DNA of 64,000 nucleotides from NCBI GenBank assembly GCA_017467385.1, contig JAFTSK010000155.1, positions 705 through 64,704 of the forward strand. The letters run 5' to 3'. The notes below the pieces were generated by a model, which was not told where the DNA came from, ran no database searches, and saw only the letters and a program-made list of their open reading frames with translations. The DNA comes from Bacteroidaceae bacterium (lineage in GTDB: Bacteria > Bacteroidota > Bacteroidia > Bacteroidales > Bacteroidaceae). A program made the position numbers and the translations under genes. This document shows positions 8,709 through 18,015 of this stretch, one piece after another. The first letter of the stretch is position 1; each line of letters begins with the position of its first letter.

Positions 8709-9379
8709 AAAATGTAGTTATTATATTGTTGGGTGTATTGCTTTTTACGTCATGTGCCCAAAGCATAACAAGAGGAGTGCAATATGCAAAAATGTATGAA
8801 GAACAACCAACGTCAATCGTTGTTATGCCTCCAATAAATCAAACCAATTTTGTGGAGGCAAAGGATTATTTCTATACAACGATGCATATGCCGCTTTGTG
8901 AAAAAGGTTATTATGTATATTCTCCTTATTTAACGATGGAGATGTTTCAAACGGAAAGCGCCTATGATAGTGAAAAGTTCTTAGAAGGTGATTTGACTAC
9001 TTTCAGAAATGTACTTGGAGCAGATGCTGCGATGTTTACTATTATCAAATCATGGAAAAGGAATAATGTGGGTGGAAAATTGACAGCTGGAGTGGAATAT
9101 ATATTACGTTCTACAAAAACAGGAGAAACGATATATAGACGAGAAGGTTTGATAAAAGTGGATACTAGTGTCAGTAGTGGTGGAGGAGGTTTGTTCGGCT
9201 CCTTGATTGATTTAGCTGCTACAGCGATCAGTACTGCTGTTACAGATAAAGTTATTGCTGGAAGAAAGTGTACTGCTTTTGTCTTGAGTGATATGCCAGT
9301 TGGCAAATATAGTCCGACTTTTGGAAAAGATCAGGAGCTTCCTGCAGGCGATAGTTATATAAAGGCGACTGTCAAATAA
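8705..9379 (+). CDS. DUF799/GNA1162 family lipoprotein
   Basis: Lipobox FTSC; PTSIVVMPPIN, PLCEKGYYV, GADAAM, MPVGKYSP motifs. Confidence 0.9.
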   Translation: MKNVVIILLGVLLFTSCAQSITRGVQYAKMYEEQPTSIVVMPPINQTNFVEAKDYFYTTMHMPLCEKGYYVYSPYLTMEMFQTESAYDSEKFLEGDLTTFRNVLGADAAMFTIIKSWKRNNVGGKLTAGVEYILRSTKTGETIYRREGLIKVDTSVSSGGGGLFGSLIDLAATAISTAVTDKVIAGRKCTAFVLSDMPVGKYSPTFGKDQELPAGDSYIKATVK

Positions 9380-9510
9380 CACTAAAGTGGTAAAAGAAGA
9401 TGAACCTTTTTTAGTAGGGCTTATCTTATAAAGTATGAAAGAAAGAGGCTTAATTGCTTGTTTCTTTCATATTTTTATTACCTTTGTTGAAACTAAATTA
9501 TTGTATCATT

Positions 9511-9804
9511 ATGAAGACAAGAAGTGAGTATCTGGAGTTGCTTAAAACTCATATAGCAGAAATGAAAGAACAATTCGGTGTTCGTTCTTTTCTGTTGTTC
9601 GGTTCTGTTGCTAGGAATGAACATAATGACAATAGTGATGTGGATGTTTGTGTAGAGATGGAACCTGATATGTATTTGCTTGTTGCATTGAAGCAGTTTT
9701 TGGAAAAACTATTGGGATGCTCAGTAGATGTCATACGGATGCATCGGAACATGAACAAGTTGTTGTTAAAGCAAATAGAAAAAGAAGGAGTGTATGTGTT
9801 CTGA
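9511..9804 (+). CDS. Minimal nucleotidyltransferase (MNT) antitoxin
   Basis: LFGSVARNEHNDNSDVDV (GSx10DxD); C-terminal KEGVYV; TACCTTTG box at 9479. Confidence 0.9.
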   Translation: MKTRSEYLELLKTHIAEMKEQFGVRSFLLFGSVARNEHNDNSDVDVCVEMEPDMYLLVALKQFLEKLLGCSVDVIRMHRNMNKLLLKQIEKEGVYVF

Positions 9805-9951
9805 TAATAAAGAAATCATTTTAGGATTATTTCAGCAATAGAGGAGTCTATCATATTATTGGAAGCGGTTCGTTTCTTTATAAGCTATTTAAAAGATCAT
9901 TCTATAGACTTTTTACTCCCGTTTCCCAATATGTTCAGAGAACTTTTATAA
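9794..9951 (+). pseudogene. Remnant of a HEPN/DUF86 toxin (frameshift plus internal deletion)
   Basis: ATG overlaps the MNT end: MCSDNKEIILGLFQQ*, then the -1 frame gives IEESIILLEAVRFFISYLKD, resembling fused DUF86 N- and C-termini; no R-x4-H core. Confidence 0.6.
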
Positions 9952-9962
9952 GTGAAAGGAGT

Positions 9963-11437
9963 ATGAACATGAAACGGAAATGGAGTTTTTGCATATTGTT
10001 TGCCGTTGTTTCATTGACGGCGAATGCACAGAACAATGAATTTAGGAAAGCATACGATGAATTTCGTCGGCAAGTGATAAAGGATTACGAGACCTTTCGT
10101 GACAAGGCGAATAAAGAATATGCCGACTTTATGCGTCAGGCATGGGAACAATATCAAGCTTTACCCGAAATTCAGAAGCCAAAGGACGAACCACCTGTAC
10201 CACCGACTCCTTATCCCAAAGATGATAAAGACGAACCGATAAAGGATACTCCTAAACCATACGAAGAAATATACCGATACCGGAGACTGAACCTCAACCC
10301 AAACCGGTGGTTCCTATTCGGGAGCAACCCCAACCGGAAGAAACGTACTTTGAGTTTAGTTTCTTTCAAACTCCCTGTAAGGTCAGATTGGATGAAATAC
10401 ATCGCTTTTCTTTAAAGGATTGCCGGATAAATACATTGGCGGATGCTTGGGAGCATCTTTCGGGAAGCGGATATAACAATGTCATTCGGGATTGTCTGGA
10501 GCTTCGTATCCGTCATAAACTTTGCGATTGGGCTTACTTGTTGATGCTACAAACTCTTTCGGATACATACTTTGGGGCAAATACGAATGAGAGTGCATTG
10601 CTTTGTGCTTATCTTTATTGTCAGTCGGGCTATCAGATGCGATTGGGGCTTGGTAATAATCGGCTCTATCTGTTGGTGGCGAGTAAACATCAAATTTATG
10701 AAAGTGGGTATTGGGAAATAGACGGAATGTTTTATTATCCTTTTAATTGTCAGGAAGAGTCGTTGGAAATTTGTGGTGCTTCGTTTCCCAATGAGCAACC
10801 CTTGTCTTTGTTGGTCAATGAAAGTCCGCTATTTGCAGAACGTCTGACAGATTTAAGGATTTTACAGTCAGAAAATTATCCGAATGTAAAGGCAAAAGTT
10901 TCTTCGGATGAGAACTTAATCAGTTTCTTTGCTACTTATCCTACTTCGATGCTCGGCGATAATTTCTGTACCCGTTGGAGTTTCTATGCCAATACCCCGA
11001 TGAGTGAAAACGTGAAGAAACAACTTTATCCATCACTTCGGAGTCATATTCAAGGGAAGTCGCAATATGAAGCTGTGAATGTGTTATTGAACTTTGTTCA
11101 GACGGCTTTTGTATATGAATACGATGACAAAGTGTGGGGTGGCGATAGATCCTTCTTTGCGGAAGAAAGTCTTTACTATCCCTATTGTGATTGCGAAGAC
11201 CGTTCTATTCTGTTCAGCCGGTTGGTGCGGGATTTGGTAGGGTTGAAAGTGTTGTTGGTGTATTATCCGGGGCATTTGGCCACAGCCGTTCATTTCACAG
11301 AACCGCTAACCGGAGACTATATCTTACTTGACAATCAGAAATACATTGTTTGCGATCCGACTTATATCGGCGCACCGGTAGGAGCAACTATGCCGGATAT
11401 GGATAATGGGAAGGCCAAAGTCATTTTATTGGAATAA
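9963..11437 (+). pseudogene. Exported transglutaminase-like (Cys-His-Asp) protein split by a 1-nt frameshift near 10270
   Basis: ORF 9963 has a signal peptide and Pro-rich linker (...PKPYEEI); the -1 frame continues IPIPETEPQPKPVVPIRE; C-terminal DCEDRSILF / YYPGHLATAV / CDPTY. Confidence 0.8.
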
Positions 11438-11440
11438 AGA

Positions 11441-11464
11441 AAAGGGCGTATAAAAACGCCTTTT
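11441..11464. terminator. Probable terminator hairpin
   Basis: aaagggcgt-ataaaa-acgcctttt. Confidence 0.6.
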
Positions 11465-11477
11465 ATCTTTAGGAATT

Positions 11478-11598
11478 GTTTGGATTTATTTATTTCCCCT
11501 CTTGAGAGGGGATTAAGGGGTGTGTGAGACACACATGGGTAAGAATACATTTCAGTTGGTGTATTTCACACACCCCCTTCCCCCTTTCAAGAGGGGGG
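11478..11598. repeat. REP-like inverted doublet, subtype A copy 2
   Basis: 120 bp direct repeat of 4118-4237 (7 mismatches by manual alignment). Confidence 0.9.
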
Positions 11599-11613
11599 TA
11601 AAACAGATTCTTA

Positions 11614-12405
11614 TTATTTCTTATACTTCTCCAGTTCCGGTAAGTATTTCTTTATGTCGCTGATTCGGGTAGCATCGCTGGGGTGCGTACTCATGAACTC
11701 AGGAACGGAAGCACTTCCGTTGGCCGACATCTTCTGCCAGAAAGTAATGGCTACGTTCGGATTGTATCCGGCCATTGTCATGAATATCAGCCCCATGTAG
11801 TCGGCTTCCGATTCATGCTTTCGGGAGAAGGGGAGAGTTACACCGTATTGTGCTCCTAATCCGTAGACTGTACTGCCGATTTGTTGGATACTGGCCGACT
11901 TGTTGCTCAAAGCTTTTGTCAGAATCTGTGCGCCGTATTGTGTCATCAATTGCTGACTGATACGTTCGTTGCTGTGTTTGGCTACGGCGTGAGCCACTTC
12001 ATGACCAAGCACTACGGCCAATTCATCGTCTGACGAAACCAAATTGAGCAGTCCTTCGTACACGACGATTTTACCGCCCGGCATACAGAATGCATTGACT
12101 TGGTCGTCCTTGACCAAATTAAATTCCCAAGAGAAGTTTTGAACCTCACTGCTCAAGCCGTTGGCATTCAAGTATTGCTCGGTAGCGGCGGCAATCTTTT
12201 TGCCTACTCGTGTAACCATCGCCTTGCCTTTGGTGTTGGTTGATGGGGCGGCGGTCTTCATATAGTCCGAGTATTGGGTAAGGCTGGAAGCCAAAACCTC
12301 TGAGTCGGATACTAATAACATTTGCTTTCTGCCTGTTACGGGAACACTTCCGCAACTGCTTAACAGTAGCAAAGCACTGACTAACAAACCTGTAATCTTT
12401 CTCAT
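11614..12405 (-). CDS. M48 family Zn metalloprotease lipoprotein
   Basis: Lipobox LSSC; VNAFCMPGGKI, GHEVAH, SRKHESEAD, STHPSD. Confidence 0.95.
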   Translation of the reverse strand: MRKITGLLVSALLLLSSCGSVPVTGRKQMLLVSDSEVLASSLTQYSDYMKTAAPSTNTKGKAMVTRVGKKIAAATEQYLNANGLSSEVQNFSWEFNLVKDDQVNAFCMPGGKIVVYEGLLNLVSSDDELAVVLGHEVAHAVAKHSNERISQQLMTQYGAQILTKALSNKSASIQQIGSTVYGLGAQYGVTLPFSRKHESEADYMGLIFMTMAGYNPNVAITFWQKMSANGSASVPEFMSTHPSDATRISDIKKYLPELEKYKK

Positions 12406-12423
12406 AGTGTATAATGTTTAATG

Positions 12424-13149
12424 TTAATTTCTGACCGGCAACCGTACCCAAATCCAACGGGGAATCAATCGCCAGAAGCATACTAAAAGCCGATATTTCC
12501 AGTCGATAATGGCTACTCGCTTCTTCTTGCTGATAGCCCGTACAATCTGTTGCGCCACATCGGTTGCCTTCATCAACATCGGATAGCTATCGTCCTTTAA
12601 TAAAGGTGTGGCTACAAAGCCCGGGCGAATATCGGTAAACGAGAGGTTCAGCTTATTCATCCGGGACAACTGGTCGAGGGCATCGATGTATGTGTTCTGG
12701 AAACGCTTGGTGGCTGAGTAGGCCGAAGCTGCTCCCAAACCTTTGGTGCCGGCAATGGAACTGATAACGGCGATATGGCCACTTCCTTGCTGCTCGAAAT
12801 AATGATAGGCAGCATTGGTCATGCGGATGAAGCCTTCCACGTTGGTTGCGGCAGTTGCCAATTCGATTTCCGGCTGTAAGACGTAATTCTGTTTCCCGAT
12901 TCCTGAACTTAACAAGAAGACATCCATGCCGCCCATTTGTTCAATCAAGGCATGGAGTTTCTTCGGAGCATCATCGGAAGTTACGTCAATGACTTGGGTA
13001 TATACCTGTGCAGGAGCTTCCTGACGCAAGCTCTCCAATTCGGCGGTTCGGCGGCCGGCAACACCTACTTGCCAGCCTTGAGCCATATACAACTTTGCCA
13101 CTTCCCGACCAATGCCGGAGGTTGCTCCGATAATGACGATTCTCTTCAT
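12424..13149 (-). CDS. Short-chain dehydrogenase/reductase
   Basis: IGATSGIG Rossmann motif; YSATK catalytic YxxxK. Confidence 0.95.
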   Translation of the reverse strand: MKRIVIIGATSGIGREVAKLYMAQGWQVGVAGRRTAELESLRQEAPAQVYTQVIDVTSDDAPKKLHALIEQMGGMDVFLLSSGIGKQNYVLQPEIELATAATNVEGFIRMTNAAYHYFEQQGSGHIAVISSIAGTKGLGAASAYSATKRFQNTYIDALDQLSRMNKLNLSFTDIRPGFVATPLLKDDSYPMLMKATDVAQQIVRAISKKKRVAIIDWKYRLLVCFWRLIPRWIWVRLPVRN

Positions 13150-13170
13150 GCTGTATCTTGAAACAGAGAA

Positions 13171-14460
13171 TTATTTTACACAATCCATCGCTTGTTGCAA
13201 ATCGGCGATAATGTCGTCTGCATCTTCAATCCCTACCGACAAACGGATCAAGTCGGGAGCTACACCGGCTTCGATCAGCTGTTCATCAGTTAGCTGACGG
13301 TGGGTGTGGCTGGCTGGGTGCAACACACAAGTACGTGCGTCGGCCACGTGTGTAACGATACAAGCCAGCTTCAATGCATCCATAAACTTGATGGCTTCTT
13401 CGCGGCTTCCCTTCAAACCGAAGGCGATGACACCACAAGAACCGTTTGGCATGTATTTCTGAGCCAGTTCGTAATACTTGCTGCTCTTCAAACCACAGTA
13501 GTTTACCCAAGCCACTTGTGGGTTGGCTTCTAGCCATTCGGCAATTTTTTGTGCGTTTTCACAATGGCGGGGCATACGCAAATGCAATGTTTCCAAACCG
13601 AGGTTCAGCAGGAAGGCGTTCTGAGGTGATTGGATAGAGCCGAGGTCACGCATCAATTGAGCCGTTGCTTTGGTCATGTAAGCCATCTTGCCAAATGCCT
13701 TTGTGTAGGTCAGACCATGATAAGACTCGTCCGGAGTAGTCAAACCTGGGAATTTGTCGGCATGAGCTTCCCAGTCAAAATTACCACTATCCACAATCAC
13801 ACCGCCTACGGCTGTTGCATGGCCGTCCATGTATTTGGTAGTTGAGTGGGTTACAATGTCGGCTCCCCATTCAAACGGGCGGCAGTTAATAGGAGTGGCA
13901 AACGTGTTGTCTACAATCAAAGGTACTCCATGCTTGTGGGCGATGCGGGCGAACTTCTCGATGTCCAATACATCAATGCTCGGATTGGAAATAGTTTCTC
14001 CGAACAAAGCTTTGGTGTTCGGTTGGAATGCCTTGTCGATTTCTTCTTCCGAGGTGTTAGCGTCAATGAAAGTACAGTCAATGCCTAATTTCTTCAGGGT
14101 TACGCCAAACAAGTTGAATGTACCACCGTAAATAGTCGAGGAGCAAACAAAGTGGTCGCCTGCCTGACAGATATTGAAGATAGCATAGAAGTTGGCGGCC
14201 TGACCGGATGAAGTCAGCATAGCCCCTACGCCTCCTTCCAATGCGGCAATCTTGGCAGCTACGGCATCATTGGTCGGATTTTGTAGACGAGTATAGAAAT
14301 AACCGCTGTCTTCCAAATCAAACAAGCGTGCCATCTGTTCGCTGGTATCATATTTGAATGTCGTACTCTGATAGATTGGCAGAACGCGAGGTTCGCCTTT
14401 GCTTGGTGTCCATCCGGCCTGTACACACAAGGTCAACGGACTTAATTTCTTATTTCCCAT
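13171..14460 (-). CDS. metY: O-acetylhomoserine aminocarboxypropyltransferase / cysteine synthase
   Basis: PIYQSTTF, YTRLQNPT, DNTFATP, HSTTKY (PLP lysine), HPASHTHRQL, IRLSVGIE. Confidence 0.9.
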   Translation of the reverse strand: MGNKKLSPLTLCVQAGWTPSKGEPRVLPIYQSTTFKYDTSEQMARLFDLEDSGYFYTRLQNPTNDAVAAKIAALEGGVGAMLTSSGQAANFYAIFNICQAGDHFVCSSTIYGGTFNLFGVTLKKLGIDCTFIDANTSEEEIDKAFQPNTKALFGETISNPSIDVLDIEKFARIAHKHGVPLIVDNTFATPINCRPFEWGADIVTHSTTKYMDGHATAVGGVIVDSGNFDWEAHADKFPGLTTPDESYHGLTYTKAFGKMAYMTKATAQLMRDLGSIQSPQNAFLLNLGLETLHLRMPRHCENAQKIAEWLEANPQVAWVNYCGLKSSKYYELAQKYMPNGSCGVIAFGLKGSREEAIKFMDALKLACIVTHVADARTCVLHPASHTHRQLTDEQLIEAGVAPDLIRLSVGIEDADDIIADLQQAMDCVK

Positions 14461-14581
14461 ATTATCGTAGTTTTTGCTTACTTGAATTTCTGGTTACAAA
14501 TGTAAGAAATTATATGTCATTAAAACTTCTTTTATCGAGAAAAGTCTTTTTTAAGAAAGAAGATACGTCAAAAACACCTGT

Positions 14582-14649
14582 AAAAAACTCTTTGAAGAAC
14601 GAAGGAAAACTCTTTGAAGCGTTGCCTTGTCCGTCAAAGAGTTTTTTTT
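14582..14649. repeat. CTCTTTG/CAAAGAG triple-motif module, copy 2
   Basis: aaaactctttgaag twice at 22 bp period plus inverted tcaaagagtttt, in the divergent metY/thioesterase intergenic region. Confidence 0.7.
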
Positions 14650-14763
14650 ATTTCTGTAGGACGTACTTTTTACCCTTCAAAAACATTTCCAAACAATCTC
14701 TATCTCCCCTTTGTCGTTTCCCGAGAAAAATATTACTTTTGCAGTATAATATGGAGGATTATT

Positions 14764-15207
14764 ATGGAGGAAGAAATTAAATTCAATCATGCAATGCCTG
14801 CCCAAATCCGCTTTAGTGATGTAGACCAGTTTGGGCATGTAAATAATTCGGTGTATTTCTCTTTGTATGACTTGGCTAAGACTACTTATTTCAGAGACGT
14901 GCTTGGCTTGTCGGAATGGGGAGATGTAGCGGTGGTTGTGGCCAATATCAATGCCAATTTCTTGATGCCGGTCTTTTTCTCGGACAATATCAAGATAGAG
15001 ACGGCAACGGTTCAGTTGGGTAACAAGAGTTTTACATTGTTGCAACGTGCGGTGGTAAAGGGTACCGGCGAGGTAAAATGCGAATGTCATACGACGATGG
15101 TGATGTACGATTTGCTGACAAAGGAACCGACTTCGATTCCACAACATTACAAGAATGCCATTTGCCGTTTTGAAGGTAAAACGTTAGACGAATTGGCGAA
15201 GAAATAA
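14764..15207 (+). CDS. Acyl-CoA thioesterase (hotdog, YbgC/4HBT family)
   Basis: RFSDVDQFGHVNNSVY motif; TACTTTTG box at 14734. Confidence 0.9.
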   Translation: MEEEIKFNHAMPAQIRFSDVDQFGHVNNSVYFSLYDLAKTTYFRDVLGLSEWGDVAVVVANINANFLMPVFFSDNIKIETATVQLGNKSFTLLQRAVVKGTGEVKCECHTTMVMYDLLTKEPTSIPQHYKNAICRFEGKTLDELAKK

Positions 15208-15220
15208 CATTTAGCCGTTG

Positions 15221-15268
15221 AAAACGAGGCTGTGTCAAGCATTTATTTAGACACTGCCTCGTTTTTTT
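15221..15268 (+). terminator. Terminator hairpin
   Basis: aaaacgaggc-tgtgtc...gacac-tgcctcgttttttt. Confidence 0.7.
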
Positions 15269-15342
15269 CTTGCAAACAACTTGGAATTATAGAATAAAAT
15301 TTTCTAAATTCGCATTATAATTAATCTTAAAATCTTATCCGA

Positions 15343-16653
15343 ATGTTGAAAACTGTAAAGAAACTAACTTTATGCGGAGTGGCTTTGAGTAGCATGTTTG
15401 TAGCAACTTCTTGTGATACAACTCCGCAACCCAACACATTGACCGAAGCCGAAATTGCAGACGGCTGGCAATTGTTATTTGATGGAAAAACCCTGGATGG
15501 TTGGAAAGACTTCAACGGCGATTCGTTGACACAACCCTGGCGTGTGGTGGATGGTTGTATTCAGGCCAATGGAGACGGGAGTGATTTGTCCGGTTACATC
15601 GTAACGGAAAAGCAATATGAAAACTTTATAGTGGATTGGGACTGGAAACTATCATACGGGGGTAATAGTGGTATGATTTATCACGTGGTGGAAGATCCTT
15701 ATTTCAAGGTTCCTTATGTTACAGGTCCTGAATATCAGTTGATAGATGTAGAAGGTTGGGAAAAGACGAATGAACCAACCAAATTGGAAGAATGGCAGAA
15801 GTTAGGCGTGGACTATGCCATGTATTTGCCGAATCCGGATTCGATGTTTGTCAACCCACAAGGCGAATGGAACAACTCACGTATTGTATTCGATAATGGC
15901 CATGTTACCCATTACTTGAATGGTCATCAGATTCTGGAATTTGATGCTTGGACGGACGACTGGTTCAAACGGAAAGATAGTGGTAAGTGGGAAATGGCTC
16001 CGGAATATGGCTTGGCTCGTAGAGGGGTATTGTGTTTGCAAGATCATGGTTATCCGGCATCTTTCCGCAATATCAAAGTAAAAGAATTACCAAAGAAGGT
16101 CAGCGGAGAAGAAATTATCCTCTTTAATGGCAAAGACTTGACCGGTTGGCAAGCATACGGAACTGAACTGTGGTACGTAGACCAGCAAGGTAATTTGGTT
16201 TGCGAAAGTGGTAAGGACAAACAATACGGTTATTTGGCCACTCGCGATTATTATAACGACTTTGACTTGACTTTGCAATTTAAACAATTAGCAAACGGTA
16301 ACTCTGGCGTTTTCTTTCGTTCATTTGTAGAACCGAAGGATGCAAAGGTGCATGGCTGGCAATGTGAGGTGGCTCCCAAGAATCATGATACAGCGGGCAT
16401 TTACGAATCATACGGTCGAGGCTGGTTGGTACAGATTCCAGATGAAAAGGAAAATATCCTGAAGGTTGGCGATTGGAACACCTTGCGTATTCGGGTGGAA
16501 GGCGACCATGTTCAGACTTGGTTAAATGGTGAACCGATGGTTGACTTTAATGATGAAAAAATAGGGGAGGCTCAAGGACGTATTGCACTCCAAATCCACG
16601 ATGGTGGTGGAATCAAGGTGCAATGGCGCGACATTAAGGTTACAAGACTTTAA
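15343..16653 (+). CDS. Tandem DUF1080 (3-keto-glycoside processing family) lipoprotein
   Basis: Lipobox ATSC; two repeats of LFDGK/LFNGK...GNSG...EYQL/QCEV...GEWN...LQDHG/LQIHD. Confidence 0.9.
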   Translation: MLKTVKKLTLCGVALSSMFVATSCDTTPQPNTLTEAEIADGWQLLFDGKTLDGWKDFNGDSLTQPWRVVDGCIQANGDGSDLSGYIVTEKQYENFIVDWDWKLSYGGNSGMIYHVVEDPYFKVPYVTGPEYQLIDVEGWEKTNEPTKLEEWQKLGVDYAMYLPNPDSMFVNPQGEWNNSRIVFDNGHVTHYLNGHQILEFDAWTDDWFKRKDSGKWEMAPEYGLARRGVLCLQDHGYPASFRNIKVKELPKKVSGEEIILFNGKDLTGWQAYGTELWYVDQQGNLVCESGKDKQYGYLATRDYYNDFDLTLQFKQLANGNSGVFFRSFVEPKDAKVHGWQCEVAPKNHDTAGIYESYGRGWLVQIPDEKENILKVGDWNTLRIRVEGDHVQTWLNGEPMVDFNDEKIGEAQGRIALQIHDGGGIKVQWRDIKVTRL

Positions 16654-16691
16654 TCTCTATCGAGAAACTTAATCTGAAAATTCAATAGGCT

Positions 16692-17990
16692 ATGGGAACA
16701 AACAGAAGAGATTTTCTAAAAACAACTGGTGGACTTGCTCTCTTTTCCATTGTACCGAGTAAGGTATTGGGCGGCCCTAATCACATTGCTCCGAGTGACC
16801 AATTAACAAAAGGTATTATCGGAGTGGGTGGCATCGGTCGGAGCAGTTATCATTTCAGCAGTAATGAACAATGTCGATTGGTCTCGATTTGCGATGTAGA
16901 TAAGAAGCATTTGCAGAAGGCTGTCGATTTGGGTAAAAAGAAGTTTAACGAAACATTGCAGACCTATCATGACTTTCGTGATTTGATTAAGGATCCCAAT
17001 GTAGATGTGGTACATATTGCAACTCCTCCTCATTGGCATGGTATAATGGCAATTGAGGCCGCTAAAGCCGGCAAAGATATATGGTGTGAAAAGCCGATGA
17101 CACGTACAATCGGAGAAGGAAAACGGGTTGTTGAGGCGGTCAAACGAAACAATCGTATCTTCCGCCTGAATACGTGGTTCCGTTTTACAGATAATTTCTA
17201 TGGCTTAGGAACAACGGTTGAACCTTTGAAAAAGTTGGTTGATAGCGGTTTGCTTGGTTGGCCGCTGAAAGTAACGATTTCGGGTGCTACCGGTTTTGCT
17301 TGGAAGTTCTTTTGGGTAGGTAAGGAAAACTTGGTGCCGGAACCGGTTCCTGCAGAATTGGATTATGACATGTGGCTAGGCCCGGCTCAATATAAACCTT
17401 ATAACAGCCATCGTGTTCATTCCACTTTCCGAGGTTATTGGGATTATGATGGTGGCGGTCTTGGAGATATGGGACAGCATTATATTGATCCAGTACAATA
17501 CATTTTGGGAAAGGACGATACCAATCCTATTAAGGTGGAAGTGGATGCTCCGCAACAACATTCGGATGCTATTGGTATTTGGCGTAAGATTATTTATACA
17601 TACGAAGATGGTTGTCAGATTGTATTAGAAGGGGAAGGCTTTGAAAGCGGTAATAAAATTCCATACATCGAAGGTCCGAAGGGTAAAGTCTTCAAGGGCT
17701 TTGAATGTGAACTTGACGGTAAACCGGCTCCAGATATTATGAATATCATTGCCGACCTTCCGGATCCGGAACCACAGAATACCGATTTTATCCAATGTGT
17801 CAAGAACCGGGAACTGTTTGCTTTGAATGAAATGAATGGCCATCGAAGTGCCAATATCGTGAATATGGGCTTATGCGCCCTTCGTCTCAATCGGACGTTG
17901 CACTTTGATCCGGTAAAGCAACAGTTCATCGACGATGAGGCTGCCAATCATTTGATTGATCAGCCAATGAGAGCCCCCTGGAAGCTATAA
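16692..17990 (+). CDS. Tat-exported Gfo/Idh/MocA oxidoreductase
   Basis: NRRDFLK Tat motif; IIGVGGIG; IATPPHWH; CEKPM; DMGQHYID. Confidence 0.92.
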   Translation: MGTNRRDFLKTTGGLALFSIVPSKVLGGPNHIAPSDQLTKGIIGVGGIGRSSYHFSSNEQCRLVSICDVDKKHLQKAVDLGKKKFNETLQTYHDFRDLIKDPNVDVVHIATPPHWHGIMAIEAAKAGKDIWCEKPMTRTIGEGKRVVEAVKRNNRIFRLNTWFRFTDNFYGLGTTVEPLKKLVDSGLLGWPLKVTISGATGFAWKFFWVGKENLVPEPVPAELDYDMWLGPAQYKPYNSHRVHSTFRGYWDYDGGGLGDMGQHYIDPVQYILGKDDTNPIKVEVDAPQQHSDAIGIWRKIIYTYEDGCQIVLEGEGFESGNKIPYIEGPKGKVFKGFECELDGKPAPDIMNIIADLPDPEPQNTDFIQCVKNRELFALNEMNGHRSANIVNMGLCALRLNRTLHFDPVKQQFIDDEAANHLIDQPMRAPWKL

Positions 17991-18015
17991 TCTACTAACA
18001 TTGAACATGAAAGTT

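Noticed and set aside
14461-14510. SAM riboswitch upstream of metY
   Set aside because: The -7 box (TACATTTG, 14497-14504, minus strand) leaves too short a leader, and no aptamer motif is visible.
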